Below are positions 48,211-62,003 of a stretch of 64,000 nt of DNA, in pieces. Made by a program: the position numbers and the translations under genes. This DNA is from the human T2T-CHM13v2.0 reference genome, Homo sapiens. The first letter of the stretch is position 1. Each line of letters starts with the position of its first letter. The stretch lies in the NCBI RefSeq assembly GCF_009914755.1, contig NC_060939.1; one strand, given 5' to 3'. The notes under the pieces are model-generated. The model was not told the origin of the DNA. It saw only the letters and a program-made list of their open reading frames with translations, and made no database searches.

Positions 48211-48329
48211 ATAAGTGTTTAGGTACAGTCTCTGCAGAGATCTGAAACTACTATGGGTCAGACAAGGAAGCTTTCCTTCCATGTTCACAGTCAATGGGCT
48301 GGTGCCCAGGCTAGTGGGGCAGTTCTGCC

Positions 48330-48640
48330 ATGTGCAACTGAGTGTTTCCATCTCTAACACCCACCACTACATCTACAGAATATGCAATGTAGAGCAGGAA
48401 AATGTCCAGGAGGAAGTGCGTTATGCCTTTTAAGGGCACAACCTGAAATTGCCACACATTTCTTCCTCTCACTTCCCATTGGCCAGAACTTTGCCACTTG
48501 ACCATATCTTGTAAGAGAATGTGAGAGATGTTACCTCTGGCTGGGAAACCGCATGCCCAACTAAACTCTCCAGTTCAATTATTAAAGGAAGAAGAGAAGA
48601 AGGAATACAGCTGGACCATTAGCTTCCTCCACCACAGGGT
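48330..48640 (-). mobile_element. Old MLT1 (J-L-like) fragment
   Basis: ctcacttcccattggccagaactttgccacttgacc. Confidence 0.5.
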
Positions 48641-48809
48641 GAATAGGGTGGAACCACGACATAGGTGCAGCACTGGCATTTATAGAGAGGTAACTTGTCC
48701 TTTTGCCTTAATCTCAGGATGCAGCCCCACAGCGTCCCTGCTCATCTTTCTTCTCATAGCTTCCTTGTCCCTAGTCTTACTCAGCTCCCCCTCATTCCAA
48801 AAGCACCTT

Positions 48810-49520
48810 CCACAAACAAGACACTCTGAGGGACTGGTGGTTCAAAGATGGCATGACATGGACCCTGGCATCAAAAGAAAATCACTTTTATGATAACCAT
48901 GTTCACCACAAAAATGGCAGCATACGTGGTTTAATCTAAGCATTGGGAGGTCCCGTGAGCCAGCCATGGGAGTCTGTGAAAGCTGCCCTGTGATGCCTTT
49001 CCAGGCTTCACAGAGAAAGTAGCCCCGGAACTGAGGCTAGGAAACTGAATAGGGGGCTGTCAGGGAGATGAATGGGGTTCTGACCAAAAGAAATAAAATA
49101 CGAAAAGGTAAGAGAATGAGAAGCATAACACGTTCAGAAAAACAAAGAAGTTCAGTGTGGATGTAAATTAACAAGGCAGTGAACCGGAGACAAGGCTAGC
49201 CAAGTTAGGTGGAGGTCAGATCATGGAGTTTTTCATTCATGCAGAGAAGCTCAGACTTTCTCCTGCATATGTGGAGGGAACCATTAACAAATTTAGAACG
49301 AGGAAGGGACAAAATTAGATTTGCTGGAAAGATCACTCTCATTGCAATGTGGAGAATGAACCAGAATAGAGACAAAGGCAGAGGAGACCATTCCAGGGAT
49401 GCAGAAAGATGAGTTCAATTTGTGACTTGTCTGGTTTGAGGTCCCTGTGGGACACCCAGTGGGGATGGCAGTAAATATAGTGTTGGACATCCAGGCCTGG
49501 AGCTCGAGAAAGAAGTTCTG
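48810..49520 (-). mobile_element. L2 fragment
   Basis: gaaagatcactctcattgcaatgtggagaatg; gtttgaggtccctgtgggacacccagtgggg...ctggagctcgaga. Confidence 0.65.
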
Positions 49521-49769
49521 GCTTCCACAGTGTGCCATTCCTTCAGTTTGTAGTTTCTGGCACAGATAAAGAGTTTTTAAGCCCTAGCACTCTCTGCTTC
49601 CTCAGTTCATGGTGGCTGCTCTGCCACTCCATGACAGTCAGAATCCTGGTATTGGGGCCTGTCTACCACTCTAGTTAAGTGGCCCTACATTATACAGCAC
49701 TGATGACAGCATAGTGCTAGGAATTCATACCTAGTTAAACACCTTACTAATGGAGCAAAGTCAGCCAAA

Positions 49770-50190
49770 GGGAGACCTCTGGAGTGCATACCAATCTCTG
49801 TGTTTGGCCCTGTCATGTTTAGCAATTTTATTAGACAACATGAAGACAGACAAGCCATCTTTAACCAATTTCCTGGTGATGCAAAGATAGAAGAAGCAAG
49901 TTTGTGGATGCCAGAATAAGAATTCAGAGAGAACTAACTATGCTAAAATCAACAAGATAAAATATAATGGGAAAACATGAAAAAGCCTGTCAAATTTATT
50001 CAAATAAATGAATTGCAAAGTAAACTCAGGAGGAAATCCAACTAAAGATATTTGGTACCCAGAAAACCTAATTCTTATAAAAGTCCCTGGAAAACTTTAT
50101 CCTGAGCATGAGGACCACCATTTCCAAGAGGTTGATAAGCAAAACAGATCTGAATACATTTTAGAGTGTGATGGCTACCACGTTAAATAA
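49770..50190 (+). mobile_element. L3/CR1 LINE RT-region remnant
   Basis: tgtgtttggccctgtcatgtttagcaattttatt (VLGPVLFNIFI-like), aatttcctggtgatgcaaag (FADD-like), aacaagataaaatataat (NKMKFN-like). Confidence 0.6.
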
Positions 50191-52040
50191 AGTAGGTGGC
50201 ATAATCTTCCCTCCAAGTTACTATTCTGTTCTTCAGGGACTTCCACATGCACTCACCCTGTATTCTCTGGACACTCAGCTACATTTCCCTCTGCAAATAT
50301 ATTTCTAGACATGCTATTTCAAAGTACATGTTAATCTATCTATTTTTATAGCTACTAAACAAGACTAAATGCAGCTTCCAGACAATAATCCGATCATCCT
50401 TATTCTTAATAGGTCTCCCCTGAGTAATGTTCACACAGCACCACTGTGCTTATCCCTCAGATTTCCATCACCATTGTAATTCATTATTTTAATAATTTTC
50501 GATGGTTGTAAGCTCCATGTCTGATGGCTTCACCACTCTATCTCCAGTGCCTCATACAGAGCTGGCCCTTAGTGCAGACAGAATAAATATTTATAGAAGG
50601 AGTAAATAAATGAATGAAAAAACAAACCATAGACACCCAGCAAGAAAGATAACCCATTTTAGTAATGCAAGATCATTTCAAAGATCTTTCTTGTGCAACT
50701 GTTACATGGTGGGAAAATAGATTCTTTTAGCCACTGTTTCACTAATTAATCAGAATAATTACTGGTGTCTGAATCATTACTTGTTTCTAGTCAAATAACC
50801 TATATACCTGTAGTCATCTGCAGCAAAGGGCTTGCCTGGTAGAGAAAAGTAGCAAAAAATGAAATAATATTGTCACATTTCTCCCTACATCATCAAGTTT
50901 CCTAGTATAAGATAGATACTCTAGGTGAGAAAACATTTAGTCTTTTCTCCCCTTTACCTTCTCTCACATCCATTTTCATTTTTTAGCTGGAAACAAATTA
51001 TATTGTTAAAATCCCAAGCAAAGTCTTGATGCATAAGGCATGAAAAAATGATGATTTGTTATAAAAGGACTGATTTGGCTATGAATAGGAGAAAGATGGA
51101 AAGAGAGAGGGTTAGGAGGTAATTCAGAGAATGCCAGCAGAATATGGGTGAAGCTAATTGCGTCAATTCTCTTTGAAGCAGCACCTGCCCATTTTATTAC
51201 AATTCCACAGGCAGCTAGTGATTTGGCTCTGCCCTTACACTCAACTACAGCAAATCAAAAATTCTCTCTGCTGAACTTTCATTGAGGATTCCATATCATG
51301 TAAGTGCAGGCCATTTCATTTTTGCAGTGGCCTAATTAAGGTGTTTCAGTTCACATTTGTACTGTAAACCATACCATAAAAAGCTACCATTAAAAAATTT
51401 TGCAAGCAATCAATCCCACTGCTTTAATAGGGGGGAAAATGTCATTTTGAAATTACTGTCATGCAGGATTATTGAACTAGTTGTCAGCAACCCACTTCAA
51501 AATTCATTTAGGAGAGACCAATCTAGACGTTTGCCCATGTAAGAACTTCACACATTAACTGAATTTCTTAATTTTCAAAATGCCAAAAATTTAGCCCTCA
51601 CCCCTAATCAACAGATCAAACAAATGGTTTCAGAAGATAACCAATTCCACTACTACCAACAGATGTAGGCAGTGGGAGAGGAATCCTCCCACCCTTAAGA
51701 GGATGCACCTGCGAATTGAGCATTGAAAGCTTCGTATCACAAAGGGAGAGCTTCTTTGCTCTCACTGTATAATTAGCTTTGCACACCTTTAATGTTTTGT
51801 TGCTTTACACATCTGGAAGGTAATATCACCCTATTCCACAAAGTTTCTAAAAAATCCATCTCACTTCCAGATAATTCTAATTCTTAATTTGTGGGAAAAG
51901 AGAACTTTCAATGTAGTTGCAATAAACAATTTATTTCTGATTTCAAAAACTCTCCCTCCTCCACTCCCTTTGAACTTGTCTAAAATAAGAGTTGGTTTTT
52001 TTGTTTGTTTGCTTGTTTTTGTTTTTGTTTTAAACTTTCT

Positions 52041-52180
52041 GGCCAGGCATGGTGGCTCACACCTGTAATCCTAGCGCTTTAGGAAGCTGAGGCAAGAGGA
52101 TTACTTGAGGCTAGGAGTTTGAGACCAGCTGGGCAACATAGCAAGACCCCATCTCTACAACAAATATTTTTAAAATTGCA
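52041..52180 (+). mobile_element. FLAM-C / Alu left monomer
   Basis: Single monomer; TSD-like taaactttct / taaaacttttct. Confidence 0.88.
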
Positions 52181-52685
52181 TAAAACTTTTCTTATGTTGT
52201 GAAGTAGGAACAGTGTTCCAGAACTGACATCAGGTAAAGCAAGTACATCTTCCTCCACTGTGTGAGGGCTGTGGGGCAAAATTTTCAACTGCTTCACTGG
52301 AAGCATAGATTACAAAGCCACTCAAGAGATACAAAGAAGAGCCTGATTTTCTTACAAAAACATCTCAGGCAGTAATGCAAAATTAGGAAATTCTGCTAAG
52401 ATCCCAGTGACTGCTCAAAAATAAAGTACCACATTCACAACCCAAAATGGGAGACTTGTTTCCTTAAGGAAACACATCACATGAACATTGTAAATAGCCT
52501 AACAAATATTTCAGATGAGCTTTCCAGAACTTTGACCTGCTGATTAAGAGGTTTGACAGTTATATTTAAGTTTTATGTCCACTCTACATAAATGACCATT
52601 CTGAAGGCAAAAAACAACAGCAACAAAAAAAATATGGTGGCAAACACAAAATTAGTTGGTTGTTAGCTTTAAAAATTGGTTTTTT

Positions 52686-52943
52686 GGCCAGGGCATGGGT
52701 GGCTCACGCCTATAATCCCAACTCTTTGGGAGGCCAAGACAGATGGATCACCTGAGGTCAGGAGTTTGAGACTAGCCTGGCCAATATAGTGAAACCCTGT
52801 CTCTACTAAAAATACAAAAATTAGCTGGGCCAGAATCGCTTGAGCCCAGGAGGCGGAGCTTGCAGTAAGCAAGATCACATCACTGCACTCCAGCCTGGGC
52901 GACAGAACAAGACTCCATCTCCAAAACAAAAAAAAAAAAAAAA
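52686..52943 (+). mobile_element. Alu (AluS) with an approximately 50-bp right-arm deletion
   Basis: ttagctgggc joins directly to cagaatcgcttgag. Confidence 0.93.
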
Positions 52944-52956
52944 GATTAATTTTCCC

Positions 52957-53086
52957 ACTTGGGAGGCTGAGATAGGAGGACAGCTTAAGCCTAGGAGCTC
53001 AAGGCTGCAGTGAGCCATGATCAAGCCACTGTACTTTAGCCTGGACAACAGAGATAGACCCTGGTTCAAAAAAACAACAAAAAAAA
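52957..53086 (+). mobile_element. AluJ right-arm fragment
   Basis: cttgggaggctgagataggagg...aaggctgcagtgagccatgatc...A tail. Confidence 0.88.
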
Positions 53087-54382
53087 TGTTTATAGTGCCT
53101 TGTGAAAGGCATATGTACACTTAAGGGACTTTCTCCACTGTTCCTCACCTCCTCTGATTCCCTAAATGTCAACAACCCAGGAAATAAAATGCTTAAGTTA
53201 TCACATATTAGAATCCTTCCAATCCATTCTTCAACCCTTTGTTGATCATAAGGTGCTTATTACTACTGAAGATTGCATACATCTTCATAACTATAGTTTC
53301 CAATCGTAACTACATCTAAATGGAACATAAAATATATTGGGATTGAAGAAAACAGTACAAATTTAGATTTCTTTTTATATGCATTATGGCCAAGATATGT
53401 GAACGATATCCTTTGACATTTTAAATCCCAGTTCTCTAGAAGCCAAATGTGTATTTATAGCCGGAACAAAGAAAGCAAATAAAAAGAATCATTTCACACC
53501 ACAACTATTATTATAAGCGATAAACTGACTAGTCAGGAGGCAATGTATACTTTAACCACTTTTGGAAACAGATGCTTCTAAATGTGACTAATTTTCCTCA
53601 ACATTTAACAGCAACATCAGAAATTAAACATGTTACAGCAACCATTAGGTTCAGTCCCACCCCTGTTCCTATCAGTGTTGTCTATTAGGGAAATCATATC
53701 CTATTAACATACTTACATTAATTGAGGAAGGAAGCTTGAAGGAAAGAAAAGAACTGGCTATCACTAAACACTGGTATCTACTTGCTGGCCCCATTGCCCT
53801 TCTGACCAAGAAAGTTGGTGGATGAAGTTGAGGCTTTTTAAAATAAGTTTTCTTAGCTAGAATCCTTGATCCATTCCCAGAAGCTGTAGTACATTTCTAC
53901 TTCAAATGAAATATCCTACTTGTAAATGTCTTAGACTATTGAATAATAAGAAAGCTTGGAGCAGCTATCCAACTCCAATCCTGGTTTTGTCTGAACCTAC
54001 AACAAATAGCCAAGGAAGAATACAGAATTACACAAAGAACTTCTCCTGATGGCTAGCTTAGGCAAGGTTCAAGGTACAAGACTAGACAAGTACTGACTTT
54101 ATCAAGCATTCTCAACTAGACAGTTGGGTGAAAATCCTTTCCCCAAAGCTCTTTGTTCTGATGTCTGACTTAGATGCTACAAGAATGTGAAGTGTTTACC
54201 AATGCTTTTTCTGAAACCTTTGCTCCAAAGATATGATGATCATTAATATGTCCTGTCCTGCCTTCTTGAGGAATGCATTACCAGTGCTTAAATATGAATA
54301 TTGTGCTTGTACCTCAAAATGACAGCTCAAGAAATGCAAGGGGACTATGGTGTCAACTGCCAATCCCAACAAGTCATCCTTC

Positions 54383-55087
54383 CATAACTGGCAGCAAATC
54401 TGCAGTTGTACAGGTCTGCAGCAACCTCAAGTCTTGCCTCCTCAGAAGAAAGAATTTGTCTGAGGAGCATAAGGTAGAAGGAGAGACTGAAGCAAGTTTT
54501 ATAGCAGAAATGAAAGTTTATTAAAGAGCATTAGAGGAGCAGGAACAGAAGGAAATAAAGTACACCTAGAAGAGGGCCAAACAAGTGCATGGTTTGACAT
54601 TTTGACTTGGGGTTTTATATGTTGGCATACTTCTGGGGTCTTACATCTATCTCTTTTCCCCTGATTCTTCCCTTGGTGTGGGCTGTCCGCATGTGCACTG
54701 GCCTGCCAGCACTTGGGAGGTGAGCATGTACAGTGTGTCTACTGGAGTTGTATGAATGCTCACTTGAGGCATTCTTCCCTTACCTGTTGAATGTCCTGGG
54801 AGGTCATATACCAGCTAAACTCTGCCATTTTGCCTCTGAATGTGCATGCTTGAGCCCCCTAGACCAACTCCTGAGATCTTATCAGGAGGCTGCTGATCAC
54901 CAGATTCAGATGTTTCTATCTATTGGAAGACTGCCTTTCCCTGGCACCAGCTGAGACCAATTATTATTTTAGAGAGACAGTATGACAACTGCCTGACCAT
55001 CACCTGATGGTTTCTTGACATTCCTGGTGGGGTGGAGGGGAGCCGTTTCCTGCCCTGCTCATGCCTGACGAGTGACCTACTATAACA
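54383..55087 (-). mobile_element. MER50 (ERV1) solo LTR
   Basis: TSD CTTC at 54379-54382 and 55088-55091; gaccatcacctgatgg...cattcctggtgggg...ctgccctgctcatg. Confidence 0.85.
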
Positions 55088-55532
55088 CTTCAAGATAGGC
55101 AGAAAGTCAGGGAAAGTTCTAAAAAGGTTGACTAGAGTAAGGGAGAGGATGGGGAGCCTGATACACTAAAAATCTTAGAGTGCTTTAGTCTGAGAAGATG
55201 GAGAATGAAAGGAGAAATAACCAAAGAGAGACTTTTTAAAATCATAAGAGTAGAGGTAACATAAACATAAGTTTTTTCACAAAAAGCTAGAATAGGGAGG
55301 GTGTAGAGACATGAATAGAGGGGCAATTTCAACATTACAAATGAATATGTTTAGAATAAGAAACTGCTTTCCATTGTAAATTGATGCAACCAATTTACTC
55401 AATCTCCCCATTGCATGTCTCTGTCACTTTAGGTGTAACCCATTCTTCTCCCAAAATGTGGTTAAAGTTACAAGCACAGTCATAGGAAATAAAACCATAT
55501 CAAGGATTGTTGTGGTATTTTTCTGTTGTTCT

Positions 55533-56169
55533 TGTCAACAAAATGACTCAAACTCTGTAAAATATTTGAAGAGATTTATCTGAGCCATGTATAAGTGACC
55601 AATGGCCCGTGACACATCCCTCTGGAGATCCTTAGAACATTGCCCAAGGTGGTCAGGCTATAAGTTGGTTTTATACAATTTAAGGGGACATAAAACATCA
55701 ATCAATGCATGTAAAATGTACATTGGTTTGGTCTGGAAAGGTGGGACAACTGGAAATGGTGGGTGGGGGTAGTGGGGGGAGGCTTCCAGGTCTTAGGTGG
55801 ATTCAAAGATTTTCTGATTAGCAATTGGTCGAGTTATTGACTGAAGACTTAGAATCAATACAAAGGAATCTCTGGGTTAAGATAAGGGGTTGTGGAGGCC
55901 AAGGTTTTATCATGCAGATCAGCCTCCAGGTAGCAGGCTTTAGAGAATAGATTGTAAATGTTTCTTATCAGATGTAAAAAGTTGGTTCTATCTGTCTTAA
56001 GATCTCTGTGCTGATGTTAATGCTGGTCAACTGTGAGACATGTCTGACACCCACCCCCTTCCTATCATGGCCTGAACTAATTTTTCAGGTTAACTTTGGA
56101 ATGCCCTTGGCTGAAAGGAGGGGTCCATTCAGATAGTTGTGAGGCTTAGAATGTTATTCTTGGTTTATA
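55533..56169 (-). mobile_element. MER4 (MER4B-like, ERV1) solo LTR
   Basis: TSD TTCT at 55529-55532 and 56170-56173; gcccaaggtggtcaggc...gcctccaggtagcaggctttagagaatagattgtaaatg. Confidence 0.85.
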
Positions 56170-57485
56170 TTCTTTAATTTGAATGTCTCCTGAGACACAA
56201 GCACTCATTCTGCTACCTAGAGCATGCTGTCTCTTTCGGTCCTTCCTGGTGAATATCTTTCCTCATGAAACAAGGGGGCAAGTTCTACAAAGAATATGTT
56301 CAGGTTGCAAGTTTCGGTGACTACAGGTGTATTATTATAAAACATGTTGAGAAGGAAGAGCAGGTATTGGAAGGCTCCTCCCAAAACTTGGGAGGACTTG
56401 TAAGATATTCAGCAGATGATATCAGGGGCAATGATCTTAGAATTGTGGCAAGCCCTTTGAGTACCATAGATATGCACCATCCACTCCCTTAGTATGAAGT
56501 AGTCCAAGTAAATCACATACATTTGTACCCACATTTTCTCGCTGCTGCAACTTGGGAAGGAACTTAAGGAATTCCCAGGATCCGGAAATGATTAAACACA
56601 TTCTCTGGTGATTTTTGTGATTTGGTATAAGTTATAAGCAATTATAGATTGGACTACCTATCCCTACTGCCACCTGGAGACTGATGCACCCAAAGTGGTC
56701 AGGATAGGTAACAAGAGGGACACCAAAATGTCACTTATTTTAAATCAAGAGTCTTACACAGACTAGGAAAGTGTCTACTACATGTTGTCTATTGTTCAGT
56801 GGTAAGAACAGTAGAAGAGAAGAAATCACAATATTTAATCACAGAAAATCCACTCATTTATTAATTCAGTCACACCGACTGGAGGCTTAGCACCCAGAAA
56901 GAGAATCATTAGTGTTCTTACCTAAGGTAAAAAAGTGTCGAGGACAGTGTGGCCTTAAGGTGGTGCTGAAGTCAAATCTAGGAAAGTCCAGTAGTCCAGC
57001 TAGGACACCATCAATCAGGACACCCACAGAACCAAGCTGGAGGAGATGGGGGTGGCACTGAGGAATCAGGAAAGCCAAGTGCCAGGTGAGGCAGGAGCAG
57101 ATGAACCTGAGGTTGTCTGGATCTACTCCCCAAGACCGACCAGGCAGAGGGACGGAAGAGACATTAAGTGTTTGAACCAGGTGGTTCTCAAAACTTTTCA
57201 GTCTGAGTCCCTGTTGCTTAGCAAAAGAACAAATTACCTGCCTCAACTCCTCCTGACTGCTATGGCTAGGAAGAAACCCCAAAAATACATAAATAAATGA
57301 GAAATCTGGTTTTTTAAAAATATTTTTAACATATTATTAATTATACCAGAACTAAAATTGTGGACACAAGCATTTTTAGGGTACAACCCATGAAGCATAA
57401 AGAGACACCATGAATGTTCATGGCAATGAATATTTATTGAAAACCCAGATTGACCAGAAACTGCCAGGTATTAAAATGACAATGA

Positions 57486-58032
<547 letters not shown>

Positions 58033-58290
58033 CTAGAATATATAATAAGGACAAAGAGATCATCTCCACCAGCCATTTGGAGAAATGCCCTTTAAACACT
58101 TCAGAGCTGAAAAAAATTGACCGGATTTCATAAAATTGAGTGCTGTATTATCACATTGATATGGATGGAAATACATCTGAATTTTTGATCATTGGTATAC
58201 AGTCTGGACTAGTTTACCTCAGCTTAATTGACCTGTTGAAAAGACACCAAATAAAGCTTACATGCCTTAGCCTGACATTCAGCCCCTCAT

Positions 58291-58493
<203 letters not shown>

Positions 58494-58726
58494 TAGAGAA
58501 TTAAAGGCCCCCACCTAATAGGATTTTTTGTAATGATTAAGCAAGCTAACATCTGTAAAGTTCTAACACAGTAAGTGATCAATAGGTACTCATTATTATT
58601 ATTATCCCCATCATCATCATCATTAATTCCTGCTACCAAATTATAAGATCCCTAAAGACCAGAATGTATCCCACTCACATTTTAATTCCCCTACAGTGTC
58701 TATAGCTCAGTAACCTTTTGCTTAGG

Positions 58727-58932
58727 TGTGTATGTCCTGGCAAACCTTTAACAACCAGCTCTCTGGGGATGGAGAAAACCCTGATTTATAGTAATTGCCA
58801 GTTTCTATGGTGTAAATACTCCCATCATGGCCAATGTCAAGCACACGAGATGATATTACTGAAAGTGGCATTAGGAAGAGATGCATATAATCAGTTCTTG
58901 GGAGTTGTAAAAACCACTTCAGCCCACACTGG
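58727..58932 (-). mobile_element. MER63-like (hAT-Blackjack) DNA transposon
   Basis: tttaacaaccagctctc...ggtgtaaatactcccatcatggcc...ggaagagatgc...cagcccacactgg. Confidence 0.75.
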
Positions 58933-59222
58933 ATGCACTTGGTAAATAACGATGGAATTGAAAATGGGACCAAACCTTAAGTAATTTTATACCATGGCCA
59001 GCAAAGAGCCAGGTGCATGGCCACTATGAGTAGTAGGATCTGTTCCCCATCACCTGCATTATGAGTAAAATAATCAGGCTTCTCTCCCAACAAAGAATTT
59101 TACCTCGTCATCTCTCAGATTTCACTATTGCCAAAAAAATTCTAAGTGTAACTTTAACAGAAAACTTCGTCACTTCAGGATACATGTAAACTATGTATCA
59201 ATTTTAAAAAAAATGAGAGTCA

Positions 59223-59525
59223 GCCAGGTGCTCATGCCTGTAATCCCAGCATTTTGGGAGACAGAGGTGGGCGGATCGCTTGAGCGCAGGAGTCCAAGAA
59301 GAGCCTGGGCAACATGGCAAAACCCAATCTCTACCAAAATAATAATAATAGTACAAAAATTTGCCAGGCATGGTGGTGCATACCTGCAGCCTAGCTACTC
59401 GGGAGGCAAAGGTGGGAGGATCGCTTCAGCCTGGAAGGTTGAAGCTGCAGTGAGTCATGATCACGCCACTGTCCTCCAGCCTGGGCAACAGAACAAGACC
59501 GTATCTCAAAAAAAGAAAGAAAAAA
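59223..59525 (+). mobile_element. Alu (AluJ-like)
   Basis: ggatcgcttgagcgcaggag...ctgggcaacatggcaaaaccc; flanked by gagtca on both sides. Confidence 0.94.
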
Positions 59526-60834
59526 GAGTCACAGTATTTATCATTACCAATAAAATGTGCACTGTTGATTAATAAGCCAATAATACTAAGAAACTAATAA
59601 ATGAAATAAATGTGAATCACTTGAGAGAAGAAATCACAAAGCATTAGAACACTTATTGGATTCTCAATTAGTGTAACCTGTTATCTTGAAGGAGCATTTC
59701 TTTCATATAGGCCCATAGCCTGGTCGGCCCTGACTGGTCCAGCATTGACTACCTCCTCAGCCAAGTCCTGCTTCAGGCCCCTCCCAAGACGAGCTGCCCT
59801 CAGCCATTTCAGCCACCCGAGGGAACAGATAGCTGCGGTGGTTCTCTCCCCTGCCTCTCTCACTGAGCTCTTCCTCTCCCTTTCCGTCAGTATTCAGAAG
59901 CATAACTTATATACTTCTAAACTCTTTTCGACTGAGTAAAATTAAGCCTCTGAAATAAAATCTTTACTTTATCTTCGTTTTCTCTCAAAATCAGCCTCAA
60001 CTCTAGATGCCTTCATCTGAGAGGATGTTTTTTCTCATCTCCATTTCAAATTGTTGTCTTTCACTGTACATGTCTCTCAGACTTCAATCCCTCCGTGTCT
60101 CTCAAATCTGTGAGTGTGGAATGAGTGTGTGTATCTTCTTAATAAAAATGTCTCTTTTGACATGAGCTGTACTTGTCATAAAAACTTCTCTCAGTAACTG
60201 CCTAATTTACTCAACTCTTTCCTCCTAAAAATCTCCATACTTTGGGAAGAAATAGTCACTGCATGCCGTATGTCTCTCATAGTTCTAACCATAACCTCTA
60301 GACACCTCTGTCTGAACACCTCTCCCCTCTCAGTAGCAGTCAGAATGGCCCAGACCTCTGTTAAAGAAAACACATAGCTTTTCTGGGTATCATAAACAAA
60401 CAACTAAGACTGCAAAAAACAAATCTGCCAACTTAAGCAAGTGCAATAAAATGTTCACATAGCTGGGTTTGGATCAGAAGCATTCAATGAGTGTTATCTT
60501 CAGCGTCCTTATTATTCTAACACCAGGTGCTAATCATCAGTAGATCAGTCTACAAATCATTAAATCTCATCAAGGAAACTTCTACACTTACTTTCCTTGG
60601 CAGAAGTGAATCCATTCTTTAATATATGTGTGGAGACAAATTAATTCTTCTCCTTCTAGATAATTCCTACCTGGGAGAGCTCTATCATAACATACATCAT
60701 ACAGATGGTCTAAAAGTGATGTCTTCTATTTAGCAGTTATTAAGAGCATTATTTAAATTGATTAATCCTGAAGTCTGCACCAAACTAGGAGGAATCATGG
60801 AACAATCTGATGAAGAGGGTTTGACAAGGGAAAA

Positions 60835-60995
60835 CCCAGGCTTTACCATATAATTTGGGAGGCCCTATTTATGAAAACACAACAACAATGAATACAAAAT
60901 TAACTACAAAAGGGGAAGGTTTTTTAAAAAGAGGTGTGTGCAAGTGAGGAGTCCTGAAATTTAAGTTTCATAAATTTCACAGTAAATCTGCCTTC
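60835..60995 (-). mobile_element. MER53-like (hAT) element
   Basis: tgcaagtgaggagtcctgaaatttaagtttcataaatttcacagtaaatctgcc. Confidence 0.65.
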
Positions 60996-61079
60996 CACCT
61001 TGGGGGTTTTCCTAAGAAGTGCTTTCTACGTGGGCAGCCCACTTAATCCTCACACTGGCCGAAGAAAGGTACGAGTTCC

Positions 61080-61180
61080 AGCTTCATTTTGTGATTGAGA
61101 ACGCTGAGACTGAGAAAGGTTGAGCAACTTGCCAAGGTCACACCACCTTGAAGAGTAGAGCCAGGACCCAACTCCTGCAC
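61080..61180 (-). mobile_element. MIR fragment
   Basis: ctgagactgagaaaggttgagcaacttgccaaggtcacac. Confidence 0.65.
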
Positions 61181-61956
61181 CCCCTGTATTGTGTATTGGC
61201 CAATACACAATGCTGCCTGCTGAGATCAAGAGAATATTTATAAGTCTTACTTCTATCATTTCTCTCCTAAATTTCCTAAGAAAAAGAGGCAAAAGTAAGT
61301 GTGTTTATTTTAAAGTGAACATAAATTTGGGCCTTGAAGTTGCACAGAGAATACTCCATCTTAGGTCTTACGTTTTCATCCCCAGTTGCTCACATCCAAT
61401 CCTCCCAAACAAAATGAGTCTCTTCATCAGTCATGACCAAATGGGTTTTGAGTGGATGAAAGTTATTGCTGCTGGTTGATTTTGGGTTCTCCAAATCACA
61501 AAGTTCAGATCATTTCGAATGTCAAACTGGCACTTAACAAGCAACAGCTGAGAATCTGACTTGATTTTATTTTGGAGTAAAATCCTTTCCAAGCTAAAGT
61601 ATTATTCTATAATTCCTCACATTACCTAGAAGTGTCATCAAATAGAATATAAAGATATTTTTCACATCCTTAAGTAACTCAAAAAAATTGGGGATGATCC
61701 TTCTAATATGGAAGGCTCAGGAATAAAGTTGCTCATTTTCAAAGAGGGCATTAACTTCCGTAGGACCCAAAGGCCATTAGGTGTAGTGAAATAGGTGATT
61801 TGACAAATAGATCCCTAAGAGGCAAAAAGAGTTAATGTACCTAACATATTCACCACCAATGTCATTCAAAACTTTGAAATTAAAGCCACAAAGGACTGCA
61901 CAACCATGAATTAAGGTAATCAAGAGTATTTATCAAATAAATACACAGTACTTCAC

Positions 61957-61958
<2 letters not shown>

Positions 61959-62000
<42 letters not shown>
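61959..62000 (+). repeat. (AC)21 microsatellite
   Basis: 42-bp uninterrupted AC run. Confidence 0.98.

Positions 62001-62003
<3 letters not shown>

Noticed and set aside
56200-56500. Coding-looking stretch (75-aa plus-strand ORF; an open minus-strand frame as well)
   Set aside because: No recognisable protein and no convincing splice-site pair; cannot support an exon call.
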